Assembly (NCBI GenBank): GCA_963662615.2
Contig: CAXXSR010000002.1
Coordinates: 320,001 to 384,000 of the forward strand
Reading direction: 5' to 3'
From: Dehalococcoidia bacterium
Lineage (GTDB): Bacteria > Chloroflexota > Dehalococcoidia > Bin125
Length of the DNA: 64,000 bases
This document shows positions 24,401-35,616 of this stretch, piece by piece (position 1 is the stretch's first letter; every line of letters begins with the position of its first letter). The position numbers were made by a program, and so were the translations under genes. The notes beneath the pieces are model-generated. The model did no database searches. It saw only the letters and a program-made list of their open reading frames with translations, and was not told the DNA's origin.

Positions 24401-24409
24401 GGCGGGGCC

Positions 24410-25393
24410 CTAGCGGCTCAAGAGCAGACGAGTGACCGCCGAGGGCCGGGCGCCCAGCTGAAATTTGTACTCTTCGGCGCCGCGGAGGAAGTTGAGGGAG
24501 GACAGCCCTCGCTCAATGGAGTCACGCACCAGGAAGACCTTGGAGGCGATGCCGACGGCAAGGCTGCGGTAGGCGGGGTCGTAGCCGCTGTTGTAGAGGA
24601 GTACGGCGCCGTCCTGGAGCAAGCCCAAGTCCGCGGCCACACGCTTGCCGTCGATCTGCAGGAAATAGAGCCGCAGCAGCCGCTCCGGGGCCAAGCGACT
24701 GACGAGTTTGCGGAAGAAGGTGTCCATCTGCTCCGTCATGAAGGCGGCCTTGTCGCCGCGGGAGTCCGTCATGAGGCGGACGAAGTCGGGGAGCCGCTCC
24801 AGGAGTTCAGAGGGCTCCTCCACTACCTCCAGGGCGATGGTGGCGCCGCCGTCGAGCAGATTCCGCAGCTTGCGCCGGACCTCATGCCGGTACTTCGTGC
24901 GCAGGCGATCCAAGTAGCTGTCCCAGTCCGCAGCCAGCGGCACCACGGGGCAGATCGCTTCCTGCTCCGCCTGAACGGTCCAGCCGCGCGTCCGTGCGGC
25001 CGGCGGCAACACGGTGAGCGTGGGCGACCCTTCCGGCAGGCCGCGCAGATCCGCGCGCCGGGCGCCGCTCTCCTCCAGATGCTCCAGGAAGGCCCCGATA
25101 ACATCGTCCACACGTCCAGGCGCGGCCACGAGATCCATGTAGTCGCAGATCTCCGGGTCGCCGATGAAGGCCACGTCGCCGTCGCGACGCGCCAAGGGCA
25201 GGACGCCGATGAACTCGCCTTCGTCGCGGACCGCGTGGAGGTCGAGCTCCAGACCGGCGCCAAAGACATCCCACCAGGTGGACTGGAACTGCGGAGAGAC
25301 GAAGGGACCGGCCGCCGGGCGGCTGTGGCGCAGGAGCGCGGTCCAGGGCCGCGTCAACGTCTGCCAGTCCTCACGCTGGAGTTGGGCCGTCAT
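24410..25393 (-). CDS. GNAT-fold protein (CelD/BcsL, Acetyltransf_6-like)
   Basis: CDYMD, WDSYL..L..K.RHEVRRK.R, YNSGYDP, NFLRGAEEYK; ATG overlaps the folE stop. Confidence 0.82.
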   Translation of the reverse strand: MTAQLQREDWQTLTRPWTALLRHSRPAAGPFVSPQFQSTWWDVFGAGLELDLHAVRDEGEFIGVLPLARRDGDVAFIGDPEICDYMDLVAAPGRVDDVIGAFLEHLEESGARRADLRGLPEGSPTLTVLPPAARTRGWTVQAEQEAICPVVPLAADWDSYLDRLRTKYRHEVRRKLRNLLDGGATIALEVVEEPSELLERLPDFVRLMTDSRGDKAAFMTEQMDTFFRKLVSRLAPERLLRLYFLQIDGKRVAADLGLLQDGAVLLYNSGYDPAYRSLAVGIASKVFLVRDSIERGLSSLNFLRGAEEYKFQLGARPSAVTRLLLSR

Positions 25394-25983
25394 CGGCGCT
25401 CGGGCCGGACGAGCGCGAGGAACTCCGCGCGCGTCTCCTGTTGGGACTGGAAGGTGCCACGCATGGCGGAACTGACCATGCGGCTGCCGGGCTTCTTGAT
25501 GCCGCGCATGGTCATGCAGAGATGCTCGGCCTCTACCATCACGCCCACGCCGTCCGGCTCCAGCGCCTCCGAGAGGGTGTCGGCGATGTCGGCTGTGAGA
25601 CGCTCTTGCATCTGGGGTCGCCGTGCGACGGCCTCCACGAGGCGGGCGATCTTGCTGATCCCCACCACGCGCCCGCGGGGCACGTAGGCGACATGCGCCA
25701 GGCCGTGAAACGGAAGGAGGTGGTGCTCGCACATGGAGAAGAAAGGGATGTCGCGCAGGACCACCATCTCATCGTGGCCCTCCTCAAACTCCACCCGCAG
25801 CAGCGCCTCGGGCTCAATGGCAAGGCCGCTGAACACCTCCGCATAGGCGTCGGCGACGCGGCGGGGGGTGGCGCGCAGCCCTTCGCGGTCCGGGTTCTCG
25901 CCAATCGCCAGGAGGATCTCGCGCACGGCGGCCTCGATCCGGGCCTTGTCCACGGTGGCGGCCGCATTGGCGTTGGCGATCAT
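25390..25983 (-). CDS. folE: GTP cyclohydrolase I
   Basis: REGLRATPRRV, SMCEHHLLPF, GISKIAR, HLCMTMRG. Confidence 0.97.
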   Translation of the reverse strand: MIANANAAATVDKARIEAAVREILLAIGENPDREGLRATPRRVADAYAEVFSGLAIEPEALLRVEFEEGHDEMVVLRDIPFFSMCEHHLLPFHGLAHVAYVPRGRVVGISKIARLVEAVARRPQMQERLTADIADTLSEALEPDGVGVMVEAEHLCMTMRGIKKPGSRMVSSAMRGTFQSQQETRAEFLALVRPERR

Positions 25984-26897
25984 TCCAGGCGTACCTCCTT
26001 CGCCAGGACCGAGAGCGCTCCGGCGCTCACCCAGAACTCAGCCGGAGTCTCGCTGACATATTCACCGTCGAGCGCCACCGGCTGCGCCGGCACGGGCTCC
26101 ACCCGCAGCCGCTTGGTCGTACCGTAGCGCACGCCTCGCTGGTGGATGTGCGACCCGCGATATACGCGGAGCAACGGGTTGAGCAGGCGCCATCGGCTCT
26201 GGTCCAGCGTGATCAGCGCTTCCAGCCGTCCATCTTGGGGGTTCGCGCCCGGCGCCAGGTACATGCCGCCACCTGCCCAGGGCACGTTCAGCACCTGCAG
26301 GTCGACGATGGAGAGGCGCTCGGTTGCACCGTCCAGCGTGGCGACCGTCTGCACCCCCTGGGCCGACCACCACTCCGTCAGCGCTACTAGGAAGTACGTG
26401 AGGGAGCGTCCCAGCGGCTTCCAGCCCGCGGCGCGGCGGACAACGCGAGCGCTGAGGCCGACGCAGCCGATGATGAGGAACGCTCTGCGCTCGCGACCTT
26501 CGGGCCCCTGATACTCGAACCAGCCAACGTCGAGGGAGAGCGGGAAAGCTTGGGCCAGCAATCGGGCCTGCGCCGCGACGCCGCGGGGCAGCTGGAGCAC
26601 GCGTGACAGGTCGCTGCCGGTCCCGGTCTGGATCAGCCCCAAGGGTGGCGGCTGCGGTTGCCGCAGGAGTCCGTTGGCGACTTCGTGGGCGGTGCCGTCG
26701 CCGCCCACGGCGACGACGAGATCAACGCCGTCCCGCGCCGCTTCCTGGGCCAGCGCCGTGGCCTGAGAGGGACGCTCGGTGAGGACGAAATCTGGGTCCA
26801 GCCCCGCTTCGCGGAGCGCCACGATGGCGTCCGGCCAGGCGTGGGCGCTGCGGCCCGAGCCGGCGGCAGGGTTGATGATCACACGTGCCCGACGCAT
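25980..26897 (-). CDS. Diacylglycerol/lipid kinase family (YegS/DagK-like)
   Basis: INPAAGSG, GGDGTAHEVANG, GTGSDL, GGGM, LDGE. Confidence 0.9.
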   Translation of the reverse strand: MRRARVIINPAAGSGRSAHAWPDAIVALREAGLDPDFVLTERPSQATALAQEAARDGVDLVVAVGGDGTAHEVANGLLRQPQPPPLGLIQTGTGSDLSRVLQLPRGVAAQARLLAQAFPLSLDVGWFEYQGPEGRERRAFLIIGCVGLSARVVRRAAGWKPLGRSLTYFLVALTEWWSAQGVQTVATLDGATERLSIVDLQVLNVPWAGGGMYLAPGANPQDGRLEALITLDQSRWRLLNPLLRVYRGSHIHQRGVRYGTTKRLRVEPVPAQPVALDGEYVSETPAEFWVSAGALSVLAKEVRLE

Positions 26898-26899
26898 GG

Positions 26900-27976
26900 C
26901 TAGGTCAGCGCCGCCTCCACCGCGGCGAGGTCGTTGGGGACTTCCCTGCGGTCGGCCTCGATTGTGCCGGCGGTCTCAGGATCCTTGAGGCCGCAGCCGG
27001 TGATCACGCAGACGACGGATTGCCCGCTGAAGTCCCTGCCATTCTGGGCGAGGGCGAGGAGGCCGGCCACGGAAGCCGCGGAGGCGGGCTCGCAAAAGAC
27101 GCCCTCGCGCTGAGCGAGGTGCGTATAGGCGGCCAGGATGTGCTCGTCCGTGACCGCCTCAATGGCGCCGTGCGACTCATCGCGCGCGGCGATGGCGCCC
27201 TGCCACGAGGCCGGATTGCCGATGCGGATGGCGGTCGCGACGGTCTCGGGATGCGGCACCGGTTCGCCGCGGACCAGCGGCGCCGCCCCGGCCGCCTGGA
27301 AGCCGAACATTCGCGGCAGCCTGTGGGCGCGCCCGTCGCGCAGATACTCGTTATACCCCTGCCAGTACGCCGTGATGTTTCCTGCGTTTCCCACGGGGAT
27401 GCAGTGGATGTCCGGTGCGTCTCCCAACTCGTCGACGATCTCCATGGCCGCCGTCTTCTGCCCCGCGATGCGGTGGGGGTTGACGGAATTAACCAGGGCG
27501 ATGGGGTGGCGATCGGTCACCGCCCGGGCCAGCCGCAGCGCGTCGTCGAAGGAGCCATCGACGGCGAGGATGCGGGCGCCGTGGACCATGGCCTGCGCCA
27601 GCTTCCCGTGGGCGACGGAGCCGCGAGGAACCAAGACCACGACGCGCAGGCCGTGTCGGACGGCGTAGGCCGCGGCGGAGGCGCTGGTGTTGCCGGTGGA
27701 GGCGCACAACACGGTGGTGTGGCCGGCCTCCATGGCTTTGGCCACAGCCACCACCATGCCGCGGTCCTTGAATGAGCCTGTGGGATTGCACATTTCCAGC
27801 TTGAGGTAGACCGCGGCCGCCCCGGTCATGGCCTCCAGCGACGGCGCTCGCACCAGGGGGGTGTCGCCTTCGCCCAGGGTGATGCGCGGCGTCGCCTCGG
27901 TCAGCGGCAGGTAGGCCGCGTAGCGAGCCAGCACGCCGCCGCCGGGGGCATGCTGGGTGGAAGAGCGGCTAGGCAT
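26900..27976 (-). CDS. thrC: Threonine synthase
   Basis: [10 protein letters not shown] (PLP Lys), [17 protein letters not shown]. Confidence 0.96.
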   Translation of the reverse strand: MPSRSSTQHAPGGGVLARYAAYLPLTEATPRITLGEGDTPLVRAPSLEAMTGAAAVYLKLEMCNPTGSFKDRGMVVAVAKAMEAGHTTVLCASTGNTSASAAAYAVRHGLRVVVLVPRGSVAHGKLAQAMVHGARILAVDGSFDDALRLARAVTDRHPIALVNSVNPHRIAGQKTAAMEIVDELGDAPDIHCIPVGNAGNITAYWQGYNEYLRDGRAHRLPRMFGFQAAGAAPLVRGEPVPHPETVATAIRIGNPASWQGAIAARDESHGAIEAVTDEHILAAYTHLAQREGVFCEPASAASVAGLLALAQNGRDFSGQSVVCVITGCGLKDPETAGTIEADRREVPNDLAAVEAALT

Positions 27977-28982
27977 GAGACTGCTGCCGGCCCTGCCCCT
28001 TGATCTCGCGGATTTCCTGCTCTAGATCGGCGATCTGGCGGCGGCGCATCTTCTCCTGGAAGGAGAGGAGCCGCTCATTGTCGCGGGTGATTTGGTCGCG
28101 CGCGTCGGCGAGCGCCGAGCGTAGTTCCGCCATCGCGCGGTCCTGCTGGGTGGCGCGCGTGCGCCCCCGTTCCAGGCCGCGCTCCAGTTCGGTCAGGCGG
28201 CCCTCCAGCGCTTCGCGATCGCGCTCCATGGTGCCAGCCCGCTCGCCCATCTCCGCGGTCGCCTGGCGCATCGTGTCCGCGCCTTCACGAATGGCCTCGA
28301 ACTCCGCCTCCATCTCCTCAGAGCGGCGGACGTTCTCCTCAAGACTGCGCTGCGTTTCTTGGAGGCGATCGAGCCGCTCACCGAGGTCGCCGAGGGCGCG
28401 GTCGTGCCGATCGATTTCGGCGGCGGTGTTGCGCCCGTCGGAGTGGGCTCGGCGGATGGACTCGGCGTTGGCGGCGATGCGCGACTCGATCCCGGCCATG
28501 TTGATCTCGAACTGCTCCGAGCGCTGCTGTTGGAGGGCGAGATCATCGCCGACGCGCCGGGTGACCTCTTCGGTCCCAGCCAGCTTTTCCTGCGCGCTCA
28601 GGGCGGCTTGCTCGGAGAACTCGGTGCGGCGGCGCAACTCACCGCGCTCGTCTCGCTCGGCCTGCATCTCGGCGCGCAGCTGCCGGCTGATCAGCTCCAT
28701 TTGCTCCTGATCCCGGCCGAGCATGCCCTGGAAGCGCTCCAGGCGCTCGCGCAGGGTGCGCACGTCGTCCGCCAAGCCGCTGAGGACGTTGATCTGCGCC
28801 GCCATGTTGGAGGCCCCAGCATCCGCGCGCTGCACTTGGTCGATCACGTCCCAGACCTGGGTGCGGGCCTGCTGGACCTCTTCGGCGTGATCAGCGACCT
28901 GCGCCTTGACCTGCCGCAGCTCGCCCTCCAGCCAGTCGAGCATGCTCTGGAAGGTCCCGGGTTCGTTGCGAGGGGCGGTCAC
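27969..28982 (-). CDS. Hypothetical long coiled-coil protein
   Basis: 337 aa rich in E/R/Q/L/A with heptad character and almost no Pro; overlaps the hom stop and thrC start. Confidence 0.8.
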   Translation of the reverse strand: MTAPRNEPGTFQSMLDWLEGELRQVKAQVADHAEEVQQARTQVWDVIDQVQRADAGASNMAAQINVLSGLADDVRTLRERLERFQGMLGRDQEQMELISRQLRAEMQAERDERGELRRRTEFSEQAALSAQEKLAGTEEVTRRVGDDLALQQQRSEQFEINMAGIESRIAANAESIRRAHSDGRNTAAEIDRHDRALGDLGERLDRLQETQRSLEENVRRSEEMEAEFEAIREGADTMRQATAEMGERAGTMERDREALEGRLTELERGLERGRTRATQQDRAMAELRSALADARDQITRDNERLLSFQEKMRRRQIADLEQEIREIKGQGRQQSHA

Positions 28983-30295
28983 GACAGCGGGGTCTCCATG
29001 CGAATACGAATGCCGACCTCAAGCACGGACTCTAGGCGCTCCGCGCCGTCAAGAAAGCAGTCCAGGTCCGCCTCACGGGCCTCATGGGTGGTGATGACGA
29101 TCTCGGCGGTGTTCGCCACTGCGTCCGCTTCGACCTGTAGCAAGGAAGCAACGCTGATCTGATTTTCCGCGAACAGCTGTCCCAATTCCGCCAGGACCCC
29201 CGCCCGATCGCGAACCAGGATACGCAGATAGTAACGCATGCGGAGATCGCCCATGGGCCGGACGCGGGGCTGCGGATCGGCCGGGGGGAGGGGTCGCGGC
29301 GGCCGGGCGGCGGAGAGTTGGTGGACGACATCAAGAAGATCGGCGATGACGGCGCTGGTGGTGGGCCGCGGGCCGGCGCCCTCGCCTTGGAAGAGGGCGC
29401 GGCCGAGCAGATCGCCTTCCACGGTGACGGCGTTGAGCACGCCGTCAACGCGCGCGAGAGGGTCGCCGGACGGCAGCAAGGTGGGGTGGACGCGGACGTC
29501 GAGGCCAGTGTCGCTGCGGCGCGCCGAAGCGACCAGACGGATCACGTAGCCCAGGTCAGCGGCGTACTTGAAGTCGCGGTCCTGCAGGGCGGTGATGCCT
29601 TCGCGGTAGATGTCATCCGGATGCACGATGGTGTGAAAGGCGAGGCTCGCCAGGATGGCGAGCTTGTAGGCGGCGTCCACGCTCTCGACGTCGTTGGTGG
29701 GGTCCGCTTCCGCGTAGCCGCGCCGCTGCGCCTCCGCCAGAGCGGCCTGGTACGACATGCGATCCCGCGCCATGGCGGTGAGGATGAAGTTCGTGGTGCC
29801 GTTAATGATCGCCTGGAGACGCTGGATCTCGTTGGCCTGCAAATCCCGTTTGAGGGGAGCGATGATGGGGATGCCGCCCCCCACGCTGGCCTCGTAGAGG
29901 AGCTGCAGGCCGCGTTCCTGGGCGAGGGCGAGCAGCGCCGGGCCGTGCTTCGCCATGACCTCCTTGTTGGCGGTGACGACATGCTTGCCGGCGTGAAGCG
30001 CGGCACGGATGGAGGCGGTCGCGGGCTCTTCGCCGCCCATCACCTCCACCACGACGGCGACATTGTCCGCTGTGGCGGCGGCGATCGGGTCGTTGCTCAG
30101 GAGGGCGCGATCAACGGCGAGGGAGCGGGGCCGATGGGGGTCCCGCACGGCGATGCGCCGGACTTCCAGGCGTCGCCCGCTGCGCCGCGCGTACGTGTCG
30201 GCGCCGGCCAGGAGCGCTTGGTGGACCCCGGCGCCGACGACGCCGAGCCCCAACAAGGCAACGCCGATCGCCGGCGCAGCGCTCCGCTCTGCCAT
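28979..30295 (-). CDS. hom: Homoserine dehydrogenase with ACT domain
   Basis: GLGVVG, VVTANK, EASVGGGIP, NGTTNFIL, GYAEADP. Confidence 0.97.
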   Translation of the reverse strand: MAERSAAPAIGVALLGLGVVGAGVHQALLAGADTYARRSGRRLEVRRIAVRDPHRPRSLAVDRALLSNDPIAAATADNVAVVVEVMGGEEPATASIRAALHAGKHVVTANKEVMAKHGPALLALAQERGLQLLYEASVGGGIPIIAPLKRDLQANEIQRLQAIINGTTNFILTAMARDRMSYQAALAEAQRRGYAEADPTNDVESVDAAYKLAILASLAFHTIVHPDDIYREGITALQDRDFKYAADLGYVIRLVASARRSDTGLDVRVHPTLLPSGDPLARVDGVLNAVTVEGDLLGRALFQGEGAGPRPTTSAVIADLLDVVHQLSAARPPRPLPPADPQPRVRPMGDLRMRYYLRILVRDRAGVLAELGQLFAENQISVASLLQVEADAVANTAEIVITTHEAREADLDCFLDGAERLESVLEVGIRIRMETPLS

Positions 30296-30298
30296 TGG

Positions 30299-31348
30299 CT
30301 AGGGAGGGCTCTCCTTGGGCTCCACGTCCGCCGCACCGTCCGGCTCGACCGCCGCTTCCGCAGTGGACGCGGTCGCAGCTTCGGGGCCGGAGGCGTCGTC
30401 GCCGTTGGAGGCTGCAACTGCCTCGTCTGGCACATCACCGGCGTCGCCTTGGTCCTCGACTCCCGGATCGGCTGGGGCCATCGCCGGCGTCTCGGCGACC
30501 GGCGCCTCCTCTCGGATTTCGGCGCCGTTGATGGGCGCTTCAGGGGAGAGAGCGGCTTCGGCTTCGGGGGCGGCTTCGGCTTCGGGGGCGGCTTCGGGAG
30601 CGCGATCGGGCCCTTCCGCAAGCGGCGTGGAGGCGGCCGCCACGTCCGCCGGCTCCGGCGCTTGCGCCGGCGTGGGCACCGCGGTCACTTTATCCTCCTG
30701 AGGGGCAGGAGCCGGCGCAGCGGGAGGCGGCGCTTCCCGTGCACGAGCGGCCGCCCGCGCGGCCTGACGGTATTCGCTCGTGGCGCGCATGTGCGCAGCC
30801 GTATGAGGGAGCAGCGCGACATGCCGCGCCCGTTTGATCTCGCGGGCGAGCTTGCGCTGGTCCTTCGCCAACAGGCCGGTCTTGCGACGGGGCTCCATCT
30901 TGCCACGGTCCGAAAGTAGGCGACGCAGCCTATCCACATCCTTGTAGTCGATCCGCTCGACCTCCTGCGGAGTGAAGAGCGGCGGGCGACGGCCGCCGCG
31001 GCGACGGCCGCGCGGCCGCCCGCGGGCGCCGGCCGCCGCGGCGCCTCTGTCGCGCTCGGGAGCTGCGGGGGCCGTGCGTCCTTCGGCCACCGGCGCTGGC
31101 GCAGTCTCGGGAGCTGCGGGGGCCGTGCGTCCTTCGTCCACCGGCGCTGGCGCAGTCTCGGGAGCTGCGGGGACCGCGCGTTCTTCGGCCACTGGCGCTG
31201 GCGCAGTCTCGGGAGCTGCGGGGACCGCGCGTTCTTCGGCCACCGGCGCTGGTGGCGTCTCGGGAGCTGCGGGGGCAGGCTCCTCGCCGGCCGGCGGCGG
31301 CTCTGGAGGCGGTGAAGGGATCTGCGCTGCGTCGGCGTCGGCGGTCAT
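30299..31348 (-). CDS. rpsR: 30S ribosomal protein S18 (Cys-free core) with very long N- and C-terminal extensions, 349 aa
   Basis: [26 protein letters not shown]...[11 protein letters not shown]; rpsF-ssb-rpsR synteny. Confidence 0.92.
   Translation of the reverse strand: MTADADAAQIPSPPPEPPPAGEEPAPAAPETPPAPVAEERAVPAAPETAPAPVAEERAVPAAPETAPAPVDEGRTAPAAPETAPAPVAEGRTAPAAPERDRGAAAAGARGRPRGRRRGGRRPPLFTPQEVERIDYKDVDRLRRLLSDRGKMEPRRKTGLLAKDQRKLAREIKRARHVALLPHTAAHMRATSEYRQAARAAARAREAPPPAAPAPAPQEDKVTAVPTPAQAPEPADVAAASTPLAEGPDRAPEAAPEAEAAPEAEAALSPEAPINGAEIREEAPVAETPAMAPADPGVEDQGDAGDVPDEAVAASNGDDASGPEAATASTAEAAVEPDGAADVEPKESPP
31055..31275. repeat. 51-bp tandem repeat, about 4.3 copies (17 aa, [17 protein letters not shown]-like), in the S18 N-extension
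   Basis: ctcgggagctgcgggg recurs at 31055, 31106, 31157, 31208 and 31259. Confidence 0.93.
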
Positions 31349-31400
31349 GTGGCGACTTTCTCCGGTGGCATCGGACGGCTCCTGGGCTTTTCTTGCGCCG

Positions 31401-31814
31401 CTATTCGAAGGGCAGATCGTCGGGATCGACGTCGCCACCTTCAGCCCGCGCGGCCGTGGGCTGCTCTTCGAAGGGGACGCTCTCGGCGCGATCGAGGAAC
31501 TGCACGTCTTGGGCAACGACTTCGGTGGTGTAGCGGCGTTGCCCTTCTTTATCATCCCACTGCCGTGTCTGCAAACGCCCCTCCACATAGACCTGCCGGC
31601 CCTTCGTCAGGTACTGGCTGACAAGCTCCGCCAGGCGCGCCCATGCAACCACGCGAACCCACTCCGTCTCTTCGTGGCGCTCACCGTCTTGGGTGGTATA
31701 GCGCCGGTTGACCGCTACGTTGAAGGTGCTCACCGCACGGCCGTTCGCCGTGAATCGCATCTCTGGGTCTTGCCCCAGGTTGCCGATGATCTGGACTTTG
31801 TTGAGGCTGGCCAT
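31401..31814 (-). CDS. ssb: Single-stranded DNA-binding protein
   Basis: [23 protein letters not shown]-terminal DDLPFE. Confidence 0.98.
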   Translation of the reverse strand: MASLNKVQIIGNLGQDPEMRFTANGRAVSTFNVAVNRRYTTQDGERHEETEWVRVVAWARLAELVSQYLTKGRQVYVEGRLQTRQWDDKEGQRRYTTEVVAQDVQFLDRAESVPFEEQPTAARAEGGDVDPDDLPFE

Positions 31815-31826
31815 GCTGGCCTCCGT

Positions 31827-32120
31827 CTAGGCGTCGCGACGCACGATCAGATGGCGAAGCACGGACTCATCAATGTTCAGAGCCCGCTCCACTTCGTGAT
31901 TGCCTTCGCCAATGGCCGAGGTAAAGTGCGTGATGACGTAATGCCCCTCAAACTGCTGCTTGATGGGATACGCGAGGCGGCGGCGGCCCCAATCCGTGAC
32001 GTCCGTCACCGCACCGCCGTGGGCGGTCACCAACCCGCGTAGCGCCTCCATCCGCGCTGGAACCTGGTCAGGCTCAACGTCCGGACGGAGGACCACCATG
32101 AGTTCGTATTCGCGTGCCAC
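31827..32120 (-). CDS. rpsF: 30S ribosomal protein S6
   Basis: REYELMVVLRP, WGRRRLAYPI, ESVLRHLIVR. Confidence 0.97.
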   Translation of the reverse strand: MAREYELMVVLRPDVEPDQVPARMEALRGLVTAHGGAVTDVTDWGRRRLAYPIKQQFEGHYVITHFTSAIGEGNHEVERALNIDESVLRHLIVRRDA

Positions 32121-32228
32121 GCTCCCCCTTCGGCGATCGGAACTTCGCGCCCTACGCTCCCTGAGCGCAGGCGTGGACCAGTATAGCCCAGGTGTTCGCG
32201 CCGGCGACCGGGTGGCAAGACCGGGCGG

Positions 32229-33491
<1,263 letters not shown>

Positions 33492-33565
33492 GGCCACCTT
33501 TGCGCTGGGGCAGACGCCCGGCGAACGCCGGTCCAGCAGGCGAGCCTGCAGCGGCGGGTGCGGCC

Positions 33566-33595
33566 AGTCTATGAGCGGCGAAAAGGCCGGGTCAA
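33566..33595 (-). promoter_or_regulatory. Putative sigma70 promoter of glyA
   Basis: TTGACC-N18-TAGACT on the minus strand. Confidence 0.55.
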
Positions 33596-34731
33596 CGCGA
33601 GTCGGGAGGGCGGCGTTCGCCCCTTGCCTCCCAGCGGGACCAGGCGATGTCGATGGCCGCCAGCAGCCCCCCGCTCACGAGGGCGTGGCCGCCCAGCACG
33701 ATGGGCACGCGCGCTTCCGCGACGGCGTGGCTGAACGTCCGCAAGTGGGGCTGCGTGATGGTGTCCCAGCGCGCGAGATCGGCGCGGAAGCGATCAGCGC
33801 GGGACGCGTCCCAGCCGACGTGACGGAGGAACGGTCGCGTGTCCATGAAGACGGCGTCAGCCAGTTCGCACAGCGCGTCCACGAGCGCCCCCGGCCCAGC
33901 GGCGTCCGCATGAAATCCTAGGATGCTGCGCGCCTCTCGGCTCAAGGCCGTCCGCATGCCCCGCTCCTCGGAGATGACGCGGACGCGCGCCGCCGTCTCC
34001 TGCTCCAGCGCCTGCCAGACGCCGCTCCCGACACGCCCCACCACGAGCACTTGCGTCTCCCGCTCCGTCAAGCGGTCCAGCGCGTCCGCCAGACGGCGGT
34101 TGTCGAGCAGGGCCTGGTGAGGCGCTGCCTGGAGGACGGCGCGCAGGGCCGGACCGATGTGCAAGCTCGCCAGCTCGGTCCCCAGGGAGAGGATAAGCAG
34201 CTCCGCCGGCGTATCAATGTCGAGCAGCGTGGCGGCGCTACGCGGCAGAACGTCAACGGTAAGAGCGGCCGAGTCCCGCAAGAAGAGCGCCATGCCGTTA
34301 TCAGGGGTGCCGGGTGGCAACGCGGCCAGCGCCTCGACGGCGGTGGTGGCGAGCACGTCCGAGGAGTAGAGGTTGTTGGTCACTGTCGCCTCGCCGCTTC
34401 GCAAGCGGTCCAAGATGCCGGCCCAGTGGTCAGCGGTCATCGCGGGCATGCCGGCGCCCGCGTAGCAGATGGCGGCGGGCCGCCGACGGGCGACGATGGC
34501 GTGGAGCCGGCCGGCGAAGTCGCCGCCGGCCGGCGCCGCCTCAATCTGGACGCCGGGGAGGCGGCTGAAGCGATCTGGCGATGAGGTGACAAGAACGACG
34601 TCCCGGAAGCCCGCTTCTTGCGCGCGCGCGGCCGTGTCGCAGAGCGCGGCGGCGCGGGCGGCGTCGACCAAGCGCTCGACGTCGCTGTCGCCGTGGGGGT
34701 CAAAGAAGAGAAGAAACTGTGTCGCACCCAT
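33592..34731 (-). CDS. Hypothetical protein, N-terminal half resembling nucleotidyltransferase/GT-A (CofC-like) fold
   Basis: VVLVT..., [17 protein letters not shown] (DxD.P.DL-like) motif; 379-aa ORF in operon context. Confidence 0.55.
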   Translation of the reverse strand: MGATQFLLFFDPHGDSDVERLVDAARAAALCDTAARAQEAGFRDVVLVTSSPDRFSRLPGVQIEAAPAGGDFAGRLHAIVARRRPAAICYAGAGMPAMTADHWAGILDRLRSGEATVTNNLYSSDVLATTAVEALAALPPGTPDNGMALFLRDSAALTVDVLPRSAATLLDIDTPAELLILSLGTELASLHIGPALRAVLQAAPHQALLDNRRLADALDRLTERETQVLVVGRVGSGVWQALEQETAARVRVISEERGMRTALSREARSILGFHADAAGPGALVDALCELADAVFMDTRPFLRHVGWDASRADRFRADLARWDTITQPHLRTFSHAVAEARVPIVLGGHALVSGGLLAAIDIAWSRWEARGERRPPDSR

Positions 34732-34783
34732 GAGGCGTCAGGGTACTGGAGCATCGAGGTAGGGTGGCGACGCCTGACCGGCG

Positions 34784-35509
34784 CTAGTCCTCGCGGGCCA
34801 GCGCCCAAGCGTCCACGGAGGCGGCGCCCGCTTCCAGCAGGGCGTCAGCGCACGCATCCAAGGTGGCGCCGGAAGTTGTCACATCGTCCACCACCAGAAT
34901 GCGCCGCCCGCGCGCGCGGCGGCCGTCGGCCGCGAAGGCGGCGCGCACGTTGGCCCAGCGCGCCGGCAGGTCCGGTTGCTTGGCCTGCTGTGAGGTGGAG
35001 CGGACGCGGCGCAGCGCGCGCGCATGGAAGGGGAGGCGGAGCCGATTGGCCAGCGCCCGCCCGATCACCTCTGCCTGGTTGTGGCCGCGCCGCCGTCGCC
35101 GCCAGCCGCCCATCGGCACCGGCACCACCGCGTCGATCCCCGCCGGCAGCGCCGACAGGTCCGCCAGCAGTACGAGCGGGGCAGCGATGGCGGTGTGGCC
35201 GTCGTACTTGATGGCGTGAACGGCCTGCCGCAGGGGCCCGGCGAAAACGAAGGCGGCGCGCAACGTGTCGTAGGTGGGTGGCGCGCTCTGACAACGGCCG
35301 CAGGAGGCAGCGGCGGCGGGCGCCCAGCAGCGCGGACACCGTTGCCCTCCCGCCGGCTGGAACGCGGCGACGCACGAATCGCAGAGGAGCGCACCGGCGC
35401 GGCCGCAGGCGGCGCACCGGGGTGGGAAGAGAAAATCCAGCGCGGCGGCGCGGAGCCGGCCGGCCAGCGTCACGTCCGAAGGGCGGTCCGACAGTTGAGA
35501 TGAAGACAC
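34784..35509 (-). CDS. comF: ComF family protein (double zinc ribbon plus PRTase domain)
   Basis: LFPPRCAAC...CDSC...CPRC...CGRC; RGHNQA; LVVDDVTTSGATL. Confidence 0.92.
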   Translation of the reverse strand: MSSSQLSDRPSDVTLAGRLRAAALDFLFPPRCAACGRAGALLCDSCVAAFQPAGGQRCPRCWAPAAAASCGRCQSAPPTYDTLRAAFVFAGPLRQAVHAIKYDGHTAIAAPLVLLADLSALPAGIDAVVPVPMGGWRRRRRGHNQAEVIGRALANRLRLPFHARALRRVRSTSQQAKQPDLPARWANVRAAFAADGRRARGRRILVVDDVTTSGATLDACADALLEAGAASVDAWALARED

Positions 35510-35550
35510 GTCGTCTCGCCTCGCGGCACGAGCGCCTGCACCCCACGGTC

Positions 35551-35595
35551 GCCCGTGGGGCAGTGGCCCGTGGGGCAGTGGCCCGTGGGGCAGTG
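35551..35595. repeat. Three exact 15-bp tandem repeats in the comF/moaDE divergent intergenic region
   Basis: gcccgtggggcagtg at 35551, 35566 and 35581. Confidence 0.95.
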
Positions 35596-35616
35596 GCAGC
35601 AGGATACACTGACGCT

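Noticed and set aside
31055-31275. Regularly spaced repeats as a CRISPR array (also 11713-11780, 23081-23140, 35551-35595)
   Set aside because: Contiguous tandem units without unique spacers, two of them in-frame coding, and no cas genes.
33492-33591. ZMP/ZTP riboswitch before glyA (also checked before purF and purQ)
   Set aside because: Conserved GACTGGCG...CGCCTGGG elements not found; a plain promoter explains the glyA gap.
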